Shown here: positions 28,098 through 37,380 of the stretch, piece by piece
How positions within the stretch are numbered: the stretch's first letter is position 1
Layout of the letters: each line of letters opens with the position of its first letter
DNA from: an uncultured Gemmatimonadales bacterium
GTDB lineage: Bacteria; Gemmatimonadota; Gemmatimonadetes; Gemmatimonadales; GWC2-71-9
DNA length: 64,000 nucleotides
NCBI GenBank assembly: GCA_963728915.1
Contig: CAVSLV010000001.1
Span: forward strand, 480,001-544,000
Direction of reading: 5' to 3'
The notes under the pieces: generated by a model
The model's database searches: none
Told to the model about the DNA's origin: nothing
Seen by the model: only the letters and a program-made list of their open reading frames with translations
Position numbers and translations under genes: made by a program

Positions 28098-29195
28098 CTA
28101 TCTCCCCCCGCGGGTGTAGATGTCCGCGCCGAAGCTCGCCAAGCCTGGCCTGCCGGCGTAGCCGAGATACGGGAGCCCGAAAATGTCCTCGATGCTCCTG
28201 AGCAGGGAGTAGTGATTGTATGGCACGTCCGACACCGTGCCGGGAGCAATGAAGGGCGAGAGCAGCACGGCGCCGATCCGCCCGCCTCCCGGACCCACCA
28301 GGCCGGGGAGTGGCGTATTGGGGCCCGGCTGCTCGTCGCAGCACGCGGTGGCGTCGTTGCCCTGCGCCTCGTCGAAGGTGATCACCAGCAAGCCCCCCGC
28401 CTTGTACGCCGGCGACGAGAGGATCCGCGGCACCCACTCCGCCAGAAAGCGGTCGGCCGACTGGAGCCCGCCGGGCTCTCCGTTCACACAGGGCCGGTCG
28501 TGCCCGTCGTGGCACAGGCTGGGAGAGATGAAGACAAAGTTCGGGGTCCGGCCGGATGATTCGAGGTCGTGCGCAAGCCGGGTGAGCGGCACCACGTTCG
28601 CATGGCACGTGGATGAGTCGATGATCGCGTGAAAGTACATGAAGGGGTTGTGCTTGGCGGCGTACTGGTCACTGGGCGTGGCCAACTCGGTGGAATCAAT
28701 GGCGCCGATGCGTGGGTGGCCGCAGGTAGCGCTTTCGCGGGCCGGGTTAGCTCCCATGTCCTCCATGTAGGCCTTCCAGGTGCGGCGCCGCGCCGAGAGC
28801 TGGTTGGCGATGGTCGCGACGTGGGCCGGATAGACGCAGCCCTGGCCGATGGGCTGCCCGTCGGGCGCCACGCCAGTTTGGACGAAATCGCTGTAGTGCC
28901 AGCAGTCCCGCTGGGTCCCCGAGTCGGGTGCGATACCGCTGATCATCGCGATGTAGTTGCCCAGGCTGTAGTGCCCGATCCCGAAGTACTGCCGCAGCAG
29001 TGCCCCCGATTTAACCAGGGTATCGGCGAGGTAGGGCGCCGCGGAGTCCGACCCGAAGGTGGTCTGGAAGCCCTGGTTCTCGAGCACGATGATGAAGACG
29101 TGACGGACCGGCGGCGGAGCCGGAGCGGGGCGGAGCCCGCCCAGGACGGCAATCCCGGCGACCAGTACGCCGAGGACAGAACCTCGTTGCGGCAC
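28098..29195 (-). CDS. Secreted phosphoesterase (acid phosphatase/AlkP family)
   Basis: RBS AGGAGG; HVFIIVLEN, HYSLGNY, YAAKHNPF, CHDGHD, ITFDE, YNHYSLLRSIED. Confidence 0.88.
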   Translation of the reverse strand: MPQRGSVLGVLVAGIAVLGGLRPAPAPPPVRHVFIIVLENQGFQTTFGSDSAAPYLADTLVKSGALLRQYFGIGHYSLGNYIAMISGIAPDSGTQRDCWHYSDFVQTGVAPDGQPIGQGCVYPAHVATIANQLSARRRTWKAYMEDMGANPARESATCGHPRIGAIDSTELATPSDQYAAKHNPFMYFHAIIDSSTCHANVVPLTRLAHDLESSGRTPNFVFISPSLCHDGHDRPCVNGEPGGLQSADRFLAEWVPRILSSPAYKAGGLLVITFDEAQGNDATACCDEQPGPNTPLPGLVGPGGGRIGAVLLSPFIAPGTVSDVPYNHYSLLRSIEDIFGLPYLGYAGRPGLASFGADIYTRGGR

Positions 29196-29273
29196 CGATG
29201 ACCTCCTGGCTGACTTCCGAGGGAAGATCGAGCGCTCGTCACTGAACCGACCCTACAAGCTAAATTCGCATCC

Positions 29274-30584
29274 ATGATCACGCGACGAGGGTTCATCGGT
29301 ACGGCGAGCCTGGCCGGGCTCGCCGCGGCGCTTCCGGTTGAGGCAGAGCGCCGGGAGCATCAGGGGCAGGGCAGCCTGCCGCCGCTCGACCGGCCGTCCG
29401 GGTCGCCGGAGGCGGTGGCCAGGGATGAGGCGTACTGGCAACGGGTCGCCGCCTATTACCGGATCGGGACCGGGTACACCAACCTCGAGGCGGGCTACTG
29501 GGGCATGATGGCCCTACCGGTGCTCACCACGTATCACGGGCACATCGACCGGGTCAATCGCGACAATTCGTATTACGCGAGGCGCGAATACGACAAGGAC
29601 CTGGCGGCGGCCCGGGAGCGGGTCGCGCGATTCGTCGGCGCCAAGCCGACCGAGGTGGTCTTTACCCGCGGCGCGACCGAGGCGCTCCAGCGACTGATCA
29701 TCCAGTACCGGCCGGTCCAGGCCGGCGACGCGGTGATCTACGGAGATCTCGATTACAGCTCGATGCAGCTCGCCATGAACGCGCTGGCCGAGCAGCGGGG
29801 GGCGCAGGTGGTGCGGTTCGAATTTCCCGAGCCGGCGACCCGGGAAAGCGTGTTAGCGGCGTACGCCCGGGTGCTCGAGACCCCGAAGGCCCGGCTCCTC
29901 CTCCTGACTCACCTCAACAACAAGACCGGGCTCATCATTCCCATTAAGGACATCGTAGCCATGGCCCGGGCCAGGGGCGTGGACGTCGTGGTGGATGCGG
30001 CCCATTCTTTCGGTCAGTGTGATATCAAACTGGCCGACCTGGACGCCGACTTCGTGGGTCTCAATCTCCACAAGTGGCTGGGCGCGCCGGTCGGCGCCGG
30101 CCTCATGTACATCCGTGAGAACCGGCTCGCCGACATCGGCCCGATGCTCGGCGATGACGGGCCGGCCGACCGGATCGACAGCCGGGTGCACACCGGCACC
30201 GCGAACTTCGCCACTTTCCTGACCGTCCCCGCCGCGGTGGATTTCCACGAAGCGGTGGGCGCGCCCCACAAGGCGGCCCGGCTCCGCTATCTCCGGGATC
30301 GGTGGGTGAAATCCTTGCGAGGAACTCGGGGAATCGACATCCTGACTCCGGATGAGTCAGGCTCGGTCGCCGCGATCACCTCGTTTCGTCTCAACGGCAA
30401 GACCGGCAAAGCGGAGAACCAGGCGGTGGTGACCGATCTCCTCGACCACTATGGCATCTTCACAGTGTGGCGTACCGGGGTGGCGCGGGGCGACTGCGTG
30501 CGGGTGACGCCGTCATTGTATAACACGCCGGCAGACGTGGATCACCTGGCCAGTGCGTTGCGGGAGATCGCGGCGCGGGGCTGA
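29274..30584 (+). CDS. Tat-exported class V PLP-dependent enzyme (isopenicillin N epimerase/cysteine desulfurase-like)
   Basis: TRRGFIG twin-arginine signal; RGATEA, VDAAH, NLHKWL (PLP Lys), HTGT, RVTPSLYN. Confidence 0.9.
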   Translation: MITRRGFIGTASLAGLAAALPVEAERREHQGQGSLPPLDRPSGSPEAVARDEAYWQRVAAYYRIGTGYTNLEAGYWGMMALPVLTTYHGHIDRVNRDNSYYARREYDKDLAAARERVARFVGAKPTEVVFTRGATEALQRLIIQYRPVQAGDAVIYGDLDYSSMQLAMNALAEQRGAQVVRFEFPEPATRESVLAAYARVLETPKARLLLLTHLNNKTGLIIPIKDIVAMARARGVDVVVDAAHSFGQCDIKLADLDADFVGLNLHKWLGAPVGAGLMYIRENRLADIGPMLGDDGPADRIDSRVHTGTANFATFLTVPAAVDFHEAVGAPHKAARLRYLRDRWVKSLRGTRGIDILTPDESGSVAAITSFRLNGKTGKAENQAVVTDLLDHYGIFTVWRTGVARGDCVRVTPSLYNTPADVDHLASALREIAARG

Positions 30585-30594
30585 GCGCCTGGCT

Positions 30595-32016
30595 TCAGGG
30601 TACGGTCCGGTTGGCCGTCCTGAAAGCCGCAAAGACGCGGAGCTCGGGGAAGTGGCGGCGGCTGCTCGTGCCATCGGCGTAGCGGCTCAACCGGTCGTAA
30701 TACGAACCCTGGATCATGAGAGAGAGTTGCAATGGGGTCGGGATGCTGGCCTCGACCGCGGCATAGGTCAGCAGGTGATCGGCATCCGCGCCGTTGACGG
30801 AGTGGATCCACGCCGGTTGATAGTGGACCGTGAGGTATGGCATCCCGTCATGCTCGATTCCCGCCTCGAAGGTCCCCCCAGCCCCCGGACCAAAGTCGTA
30901 GTCACGTGGTCCAACGCCCGCTCCCGGGGCATTGATTCCGGCCAGCACGATGCCGTCTCCCGCCGCCAGGGTCCGCAGCCAGAACTTCCCGCTCAGGTGG
31001 ATTCGTGAGCTCAGGCCAAGCTCAAGGGTCTGTCCCCCGAATTGCAGGGCCCCGTTGTTGAGATACTCGAAGCGCTGATCGAGCTCGATCTGGTGGCGGT
31101 GCCATTCGCTGCTGCCCAGCTCGGTCCCGGCCACCCGCCCGACCCCGACCAGCTGGGTCAGGCCCCCGTGCCCCGGGGCGAACATGATCCGGGCGCTGAA
31201 GGCGTCGAACGGCTTCTTCAGGGAATCGATGTAGGCATCCCCATGTTTGAGATCGGCGAAGAGGATGGAGGAATAGGTGGCGTCCTTGAGACTCTCCAGG
31301 AGCGGGCCCGGCCCGCGCACAATGCCGGCTCCTCCGCCGAGCCGGGCCACGGTCGCCGGGGGTCGGTGCTCGGACGAGTTAGGCCCGCGGCGACTCCAGT
31401 CGCCCCGCACCAGGCGGTTGACGCCGCCGGCCGGATCGAAGGGGAGCGCGGCCAGCTCCCGCAGCATCCGGACGCCACCGCCGCTCTCGTTGTTGCGAAT
31501 GGTGGCAGCGACCCGGTGGAACATCTCACCCAGGGCGGCTCCGCCTAACCCGGTATCGACCAGGTCGTTGATGGACGGGCGGGTCGTCTCACCGAAGTAT
31601 TCCCAGATCGCCGAGTGGAAGAAGCTGAGTGGCACCCCCTCCCAGAACGACAGCCCGTTGCTGCGCGCCGCCGCGAAGTAGAGGGAGCCATTGTAGGGAT
31701 GGCCCAGCATATTGACCACGAAGTTGTCCTTATCCCAGTCCCAGCCCCGTTCCAGATTGGTCCGCCAGGTCGTGGGTGTCACCCGGGCCGTGCTGTCGCG
31801 CAGCACCCAGGCATTGAAGCGATTGACGGAGCCGTTGATCAGGAACCCCTCGAAGAGGGCGGCCGGGAGACTGGCCCGAGTGCAGAATCCGCAGCGCGCG
31901 CTGTCCTCAATGGGCGCAGAGGGTTGGACCGGGACGACGACGGAATCCTGCGCGAGCGCGGCGTGGAGGGGGGGACACACCAGCCCGGCCAGCCGAGCAA
32001 TCCTCGCGACCCGCAT
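30595..32016 (-). CDS. DUF3943-domain outer-membrane protein
   Basis: GWDWDKDNFVVNMLGHPYNGSLYFAAARSNG...WEYFGETTRPSINDL; beta-barrel-like C-terminus; start uncertain (32016 or 32049). Confidence 0.8.
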   Translation of the reverse strand: MRVARIARLAGLVCPPLHAALAQDSVVVPVQPSAPIEDSARCGFCTRASLPAALFEGFLINGSVNRFNAWVLRDSTARVTPTTWRTNLERGWDWDKDNFVVNMLGHPYNGSLYFAAARSNGLSFWEGVPLSFFHSAIWEYFGETTRPSINDLVDTGLGGAALGEMFHRVAATIRNNESGGGVRMLRELAALPFDPAGGVNRLVRGDWSRRGPNSSEHRPPATVARLGGGAGIVRGPGPLLESLKDATYSSILFADLKHGDAYIDSLKKPFDAFSARIMFAPGHGGLTQLVGVGRVAGTELGSSEWHRHQIELDQRFEYLNNGALQFGGQTLELGLSSRIHLSGKFWLRTLAAGDGIVLAGINAPGAGVGPRDYDFGPGAGGTFEAGIEHDGMPYLTVHYQPAWIHSVNGADADHLLTYAAVEASIPTPLQLSLMIQGSYYDRLSRYADGTSSRRHFPELRVFAAFRTANRTVP

Positions 32017-32227
32017 GCCCGGGGGACGGCCGCTCCGGATCAACGACACACAGACAAGGGTCCGGTCCGCACCTCAAGGATACCCCTTGTCGACGCTCTC
32101 GCCGTTACCCGGCCTGCACCGAACCGGTGGACCGGCGATGAGTCACCCGTGCGTTCCCAACCCGTCGCGCCGTCCGATTAGATGAGGCCCCTGCCCCAAG
32201 GCAGGTGAGCAGAATTCGATCGGAGGT

Positions 32228-32623
32228 ATGACAATGCGATCACTGGTGCGCATCACTGTGCTGGGCGGCTTGCTGGGCGTGCTGTCCTGCGGCCCGACGT
32301 ATACGGAAGCCGGCTTCGGGGTCGCCGCCGGGTACGGTCCGGCCATCAGCCTGTATGGCTACTATCCGGACTACTTCGGCGACTGGCGACGGTCCTACCA
32401 GCAATGGGACCCGGTCGTCATCTACGAGCTCCACGGGACCTACTACCCTCAACCGGTTCGTGGGGCTCGGGCGCTGGAGGTGTATCGATCAGGCTCGAGC
32501 TATTTCCTCCCGCCCCGCGACCGCGCCTGGGCCCGCACCGAACGACGCTTCGGCCCAAAACGGATGCCGAACGGACACGATTATTCTCGGGCTCGGCGCC
32601 CTCGAGGCCGGCCCGGGCAGTGA
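32228..32623 (+). CDS. Lipoprotein with one 'YFLPPRD' domain (family not recognised)
   Basis: RBS GGAGG (start may be 32234); lipobox VLSC; domain aligns with the three repeats of 33510..34505. Confidence 0.8.
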   Translation: MTMRSLVRITVLGGLLGVLSCGPTYTEAGFGVAAGYGPAISLYGYYPDYFGDWRRSYQQWDPVVIYELHGTYYPQPVRGARALEVYRSGSSYFLPPRDRAWARTERRFGPKRMPNGHDYSRARRPRGRPGQ

Positions 32624-32654
32624 GGTGACCGGGCTCACAGGCCTGGTGAGCGAT

Positions 32655-32685
32655 GCGGCCGTCCCTCGGGGCGGCCGCTTCTTTT
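32655..32685 (+). terminator. Intrinsic terminator
   Basis: gcggccgtccc-tc-ggggcggccgc followed by ttctttt. Confidence 0.7.
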
Positions 32686-32743
32686 AACGACCATTACCCC
32701 GGTTCCCGCATCATAGAGAGACCACCTTCAAGGACCGGGTCCC

Positions 32744-33412
32744 TTGCGACTCGCCGCGCCCCTCTGCCTCGCCGGGCTCTCGATGGGGGTGTCCTGGGCT
32801 GGCCCCGAAGCCGGGCCAGGCCAGGCTCACCCCCATCGATCCGTCCGAGAGAACGTCCTCACCTCCGACGACTTCCCGAACATCCGGGTGAAGGTCGATC
32901 CGGCATTCCACTACGTCGGGTCGTTTTCCTTTACCATCCCGGGGATGGCTGCGGGAGAGCGATATGTCTTCGCGGAAGCGGTGGATCACCGGGTGAACCG
33001 GCTGTTCATCGCCCAGTTCGAGGGAATCTTGCCGACCAGCGCGGAGACCTACAACTACAGTTTCGCGGACTCGCTCGAGCTGGGAGGCTACCGGTTTCGT
33101 CAGAACACATTTGCGTTCAGCAACCAGAAGGGCGGGCAGGAGAATCCAGCAAGTGAAGGCCCGCTCACCGTCGACTTTCTCATCCGGAACGGATACGCCG
33201 TCGCGGACGAGATGATGGCCTCACGCTTCGTGACCGTCCCCGACCCGGAACGGAAACACGAGCTCATTCTCTTTTACATGGAGAGCATTCCGGGCGCGGG
33301 ACATCGGCTCGAAGAATTCTACCAGGGCGAAGACCGGACCCCTCTGTGGCAGGAGCTCTCGCAGATCCTGACGAACCGCGCCCGGGAGAGCTTCACCGTC
33401 CTGGACCGATGA
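32744..33412 (+). CDS. Secreted hypothetical protein
   Basis: TTG start after AGGA; signal-like N-terminus; natural-looking sequence (ERYVF..A....RLFIAQFEG.LP...Y.Y). Confidence 0.7.
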   Translation: MRLAAPLCLAGLSMGVSWAGPEAGPGQAHPHRSVRENVLTSDDFPNIRVKVDPAFHYVGSFSFTIPGMAAGERYVFAEAVDHRVNRLFIAQFEGILPTSAETYNYSFADSLELGGYRFRQNTFAFSNQKGGQENPASEGPLTVDFLIRNGYAVADEMMASRFVTVPDPERKHELILFYMESIPGAGHRLEEFYQGEDRTPLWQELSQILTNRARESFTVLDR

Positions 33413-33447
33413 GCTGATTGGCCTTGTGGGGATCGAGGCACGACAAG

Positions 33448-33476
33448 AGGCGGGAGGCCGCTGAGGCCCCCCGCCT
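33448..33476 (-). terminator. Hairpin between convergent genes; probable terminator of 33510..34505
   Basis: 12-bp stem aggcggggggcc/ggcctcccgcct on the minus strand with a weak cttgt tail. Confidence 0.5.
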
Positions 33477-33509
33477 CCCGATCGGGACTATCGATTCGCG
33501 AGCGGTGCG

Positions 33510-34505
33510 CTACGGCCTGCGAGGCGGATGTGCGTTGTTGTAATCCTCGTCCGTCGGACGCAGCCGGGTATCGAACCGCCGGTCGCTGTTCTCCCAGCTC
33601 CGGTCCCGCGGCGGCAGGAAGTACTGATTGCCCTGGTGATACAGCATCAGGGCGCGGGCGCCCGGTACCCGGTCCCGATAGTACCGCCCATTCTGGTAAT
33701 ACACCGTTGCAACCTGCCAGCGGTTCTGGGCAGTGTGCCAGTCGCCCTGCGCGTCCGGCGAATAGAGCATGAAGTCTACCGTCTCGCCGTACTCGGGCTC
33801 GGCCGGAGGTTGCTGGCCGTACACGCCCCGCACCCGGTCCACGGTCCGGTAATCCTCGTCGCCCGGACGGCGGCGGTAATTGTAGCGGCGATCGGCATTG
33901 TTCCAGTCGGCGTCCCGCGGCGGCAGGAAGTAGTGGTTGTTGAAGCGGTAGAGCTGCACCGCGCGCGACCGCGGAACCTGACGGGCGAAAAAGCGACCGT
34001 CCCGCGCGTACAGCGTGACGGGGGTCCAGCGTCGCCACATCCTCCGCCAGTCGCCGAAGGCTTCCGGTGTGTACGCGTCAACCACGATCTCACGACCCCA
34101 GGCCCGCGGCGCGCGTCCACCGTACACGCTGACCACGCCGTCGACGGTGTTGTAGTCCTCCTCCTGGGGGCGATGGCCATACTGGTAGCGCCGGTCCAGG
34201 TTGTTCCAGCCGGCGTCTCGCGGTGGCAGGAAGTACTGATTGTTGTAATTGTAGACCTGGACCGCCCGGGCGCCCTGTATCGCACGGGCGTAAAACCGGC
34301 CGTTCAGGGTATATAAGGTGACCGGCTGCCATCGCCGGTAGTCGGTGCGCCAGTCACCGTCCTGATTCTGCGAATAGGCATAGACCCGGACCTCGGGTGC
34401 CCCGAACTGGACACCCAGCTGAAGCGAGATCTGAGCCTCGCTTCGATTCGGGACCAGCGCGAGCGCGCCCAGGAGCGGCAGGATCGCTAGCGTTGAGGTG
34501 CGCAT
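33510..34505 (-). CDS. Secreted protein with three tandem ~100-aa 'GDW/YFLPPRD/DRR/DY' repeats
   Basis: Sec signal ending SEA|Q; YFLPPRD occurs three times with conserved flanks. Confidence 0.88.
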   Translation of the reverse strand: MRTSTLAILPLLGALALVPNRSEAQISLQLGVQFGAPEVRVYAYSQNQDGDWRTDYRRWQPVTLYTLNGRFYARAIQGARAVQVYNYNNQYFLPPRDAGWNNLDRRYQYGHRPQEEDYNTVDGVVSVYGGRAPRAWGREIVVDAYTPEAFGDWRRMWRRWTPVTLYARDGRFFARQVPRSRAVQLYRFNNHYFLPPRDADWNNADRRYNYRRRPGDEDYRTVDRVRGVYGQQPPAEPEYGETVDFMLYSPDAQGDWHTAQNRWQVATVYYQNGRYYRDRVPGARALMLYHQGNQYFLPPRDRSWENSDRRFDTRLRPTDEDYNNAHPPRRP

Positions 34506-34507
34506 TT

Positions 34508-34549
34508 CTCGTCCCCTCCATCGGTGATTGATTCAATGGAGGAGACGAG
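34508..34549 (-). promoter_or_regulatory. RBS-sequestering hairpin in the leader of the triple-repeat gene
   Basis: Minus strand ctcgtctcctccat-N14-atggaggggacgag-aaATG: 14-bp stem with one G-U, covering the SD. Confidence 0.55.
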
Positions 34550-34824
34550 CCGTTTCCGATGGCCGTGACAATGGGTACGGATTTCGACCTCCTGATTCTG
34601 ATCTCACATTCCACGATTGGGAGCGTTAGCTTCAGGCGATCAGCAAACCACCGCGCCGCTTCGTCTGGCTGCCCTCACCCAGCTTGCGAATCTCACTGCC
34701 GCCATGTTGACGGCCCGGGAGCCGCTCCGTACCTTCGTGGGGTCGAAGGCATTCCTATCCTTGAAGCGGATGCGTGCAACGTGCAGCTCGTCATCCCGCT
34801 CGGGCATTCACGCGCGCTGTCACC

Positions 34825-37216
34825 GTGAGCGCTTCCGCGCAGGCTGATCGACTCGCCTCGGCGCTGGAGGGCCGCTACCGCGTCGAGCGCGAGCTCGGGC
34901 AGGGTGGCATGGCCACCGTCTACCTCGCCGAAGACCTGAAGCACAAGCGCAAGGTCGCGATCAAGGTGCTTCTGCCGGAGCTCGGCGCCGTGGTTGGCGC
35001 GGAGCGTTTTCTCCGCGAAATCGAAACGACGGCGAATCTTCGGCATCCGCACATCCTGCCGCTCTACGATTCCGGCAGCGCGGGCGACTTCCTGTACTAC
35101 GTGATGCCGCTGGTGGAGGGCGAGTCGTTGCGCGATCGCCTCGACCGCGAGAAGCAGCTTCCGATCGCCGACGCCCTGCGCATCGCGCGCGAAATCGCCG
35201 ACGCGTTGAGCTATGCTCACGCGCGCGGCGTCGTGCATCGCGACATCAAACCCGACAATGTCCTCCTCGAGGGCGGACACGCGGTGGTCGCCGACTTTGG
35301 CATCGCGCGTGCGTTCAGCGCTGCCGGCGGTGCGCGCATCACCCAGACCGGCATGGCGGTGGGAACGCCGCTGTACATGAGTCCCGAACAGGCGCTGGGT
35401 GACGCGGAGATCGATGGACGCAGCGATCTGTATAGCCTCGCGTGCGTGCTGTACGAAATGCTCGGCGGACAGCCACCGTTCACCGGCCCGACCGCCGAAT
35501 CGATCGTGCGTCAGCGTCTCGTGGCGGACGCCCCAGCCGATCACGAATTTGCGGCCCGCGGTGCCGGCGGCCGTTGCCGGCGCGCTCCAGCGCGCGCTCG
35601 CCAGGAATCCCGCCGATCGGTTCAACCCCGTCGCGCAGTTTGCGGCGGCGATCGAATCGAATGCCACATCGGGCTCCCTTCCGTCGGGGTCACGGGACGC
35701 TCCGTCGCACGGCGGTACAGCGCCGGCATTCCTTGGTGGAAGACGCCTCGCCTGGGCCGCGGCGGCGATGGCCTTGTTGCTCCTTGTCGCGCTGGGAGTG
35801 GCGTATCAACGCCGCCCATCGGCCGCGCTCGCCGACAACGCGTCGGTGGCCGTGCTCCCGTTCGAGGACCTCTCCCAGCAGCGGACGAGCGAGTACTTCG
35901 GCGACGGCATCGCGGAAACGCTCATCAGCAATTTGAGTAGCGTGCCCGGTCTCGACGTCGCGGCGCGTACGTCGGCCTTCTCGTTCCGCGGCAAGAACGT
36001 CGACGCCCGCGAGATCGCCAGGCAGCTGGGCGTCGCCACGGTACTCGAGGGGAGCGTGCAGCGCGCGGGCGACCGACTGCGCATCAGCGCGCAATTGGTG
36101 AAGGCGAGCACCGGCACGAACCTGTGGTCGGCGACGTTCGACCGAAGCGCCGCCGACATCTTCGCCGTGCAGGACGAAGTGGCGCGCGCGGTGGTGACCG
36201 CGCTGAAGGGCCGGTTGCTCGCCGGCCAGGCGCTTGTTGCCAGCGAGCCGACGCACGATCGCCAGGCGTACGATCTCTATCTCCAGGGTCGCTTTCTCTG
36301 GAACAGGCGCGCCGTGCCCGACCTCGAACAGGCGATCGGCCTGTTCGAAGAGGCCCTTCAGCGCGACTCCTCGTTCGCCCTCGCTCACGCGGGTCTCGCC
36401 GACGCGTACATCGCGTTGGCGTTCTACTCGAACGCCCCGACGCTGCCGACCTTGACGAAGGCGCGCGCGGCGGCCGAGCGAGCCTTGGCGTTGAACCCGA
36501 ATCTGGGGGAGGCGGAGTCCGCGCTCGCGTATCTCACGTTCCTCGAGTGGCACCTCGGTGCGGCCGACAGCATTTTCCGGCGCGCCATCAGGTTGAACCC
36601 CGGATACGCCACCGCCCACAAATGGTATTCGGACCTCCTGCTGACCGACGGGCGCGCCGCCGAGTCCATGAGGGAATTGGTCCGGGCGAAGGAGCTCGAC
36701 CCGCTCGCCGCGATCATCATGGCCAACATCGGCAACTGGTACTGGATTGAAAGGACGGGGGGCGACTCGGCCCTCATCTGGATGGATCGGGCCCTGGCCC
36801 TCGACCCGAACAACCCGCTGGCGCTGGAGAACTCGTCGAGTATCTACTTCAGCCGCGGTGACTCAGCCCGGTTCTTCAAAGCGCGGGAGCGACTCGACGT
36901 CAGCTCGTCGCGCGGCGGCGCGCCGGTGTCGGAACTCCGCAAAGCGTGGGCGGCCGGCGGACCAAACGCCGTTCTGCGGGCGCAGCTCGCCTCTCCTCGA
37001 TCGCAGGGCTTGGCGGTCGAGCGCGCACGGTGGCGCGCTGAGCTCGGGGACATCGACGGGGCGTTTCGCGAGTTGGATACAGGGATCGCCGAGCACTCGA
37101 TCTGGATCATCTACGTCGACCAGTTTCCCGAGTTGGAGCCGCTGCATCGGGACCCTCGCTACGCCGCTCTGCGCGAACGGGTGGGGCTCGCGAAGCGCTC
37201 GACGGTGAAGTCCTGA
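34825..37216 (+). CDS. Hanks-type Ser/Thr kinase - TM - TolB-like - TPR protein; one base missing near 35532
   Basis: LGQGGMATVY, VAIKVL, HRDIKPDN, DFG, GTPLYMSPEQ; next frame PQPITNLRP...SVAVLPFEDLS..YFGDG..E...VLEGSVQRAGDRLRISAQL plus TPRs. Confidence 0.92.
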
Positions 37217-37380
37217 TGAATCAACCTGCATTAGGCCCATCGATGATTACACGTCGCCGGCCACCGGGACCCTCACATTGAATGGATCTTTCTTCCCGGA
37301 CGAGACCATATTCGTCCGGGACGACTGCGCCTCGTTCCGCTCCCGGTTCCTGGAAGTCTTGGCAAATGATGTCTGAATCA

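Noticed and set aside
37295..37320. Hairpin cccggacga-N8-tcgtccggg upstream of the flippase-GT2 gene
   Set aside because: 9-bp stem with no U-tail and no second copy; such stems are common at this GC content
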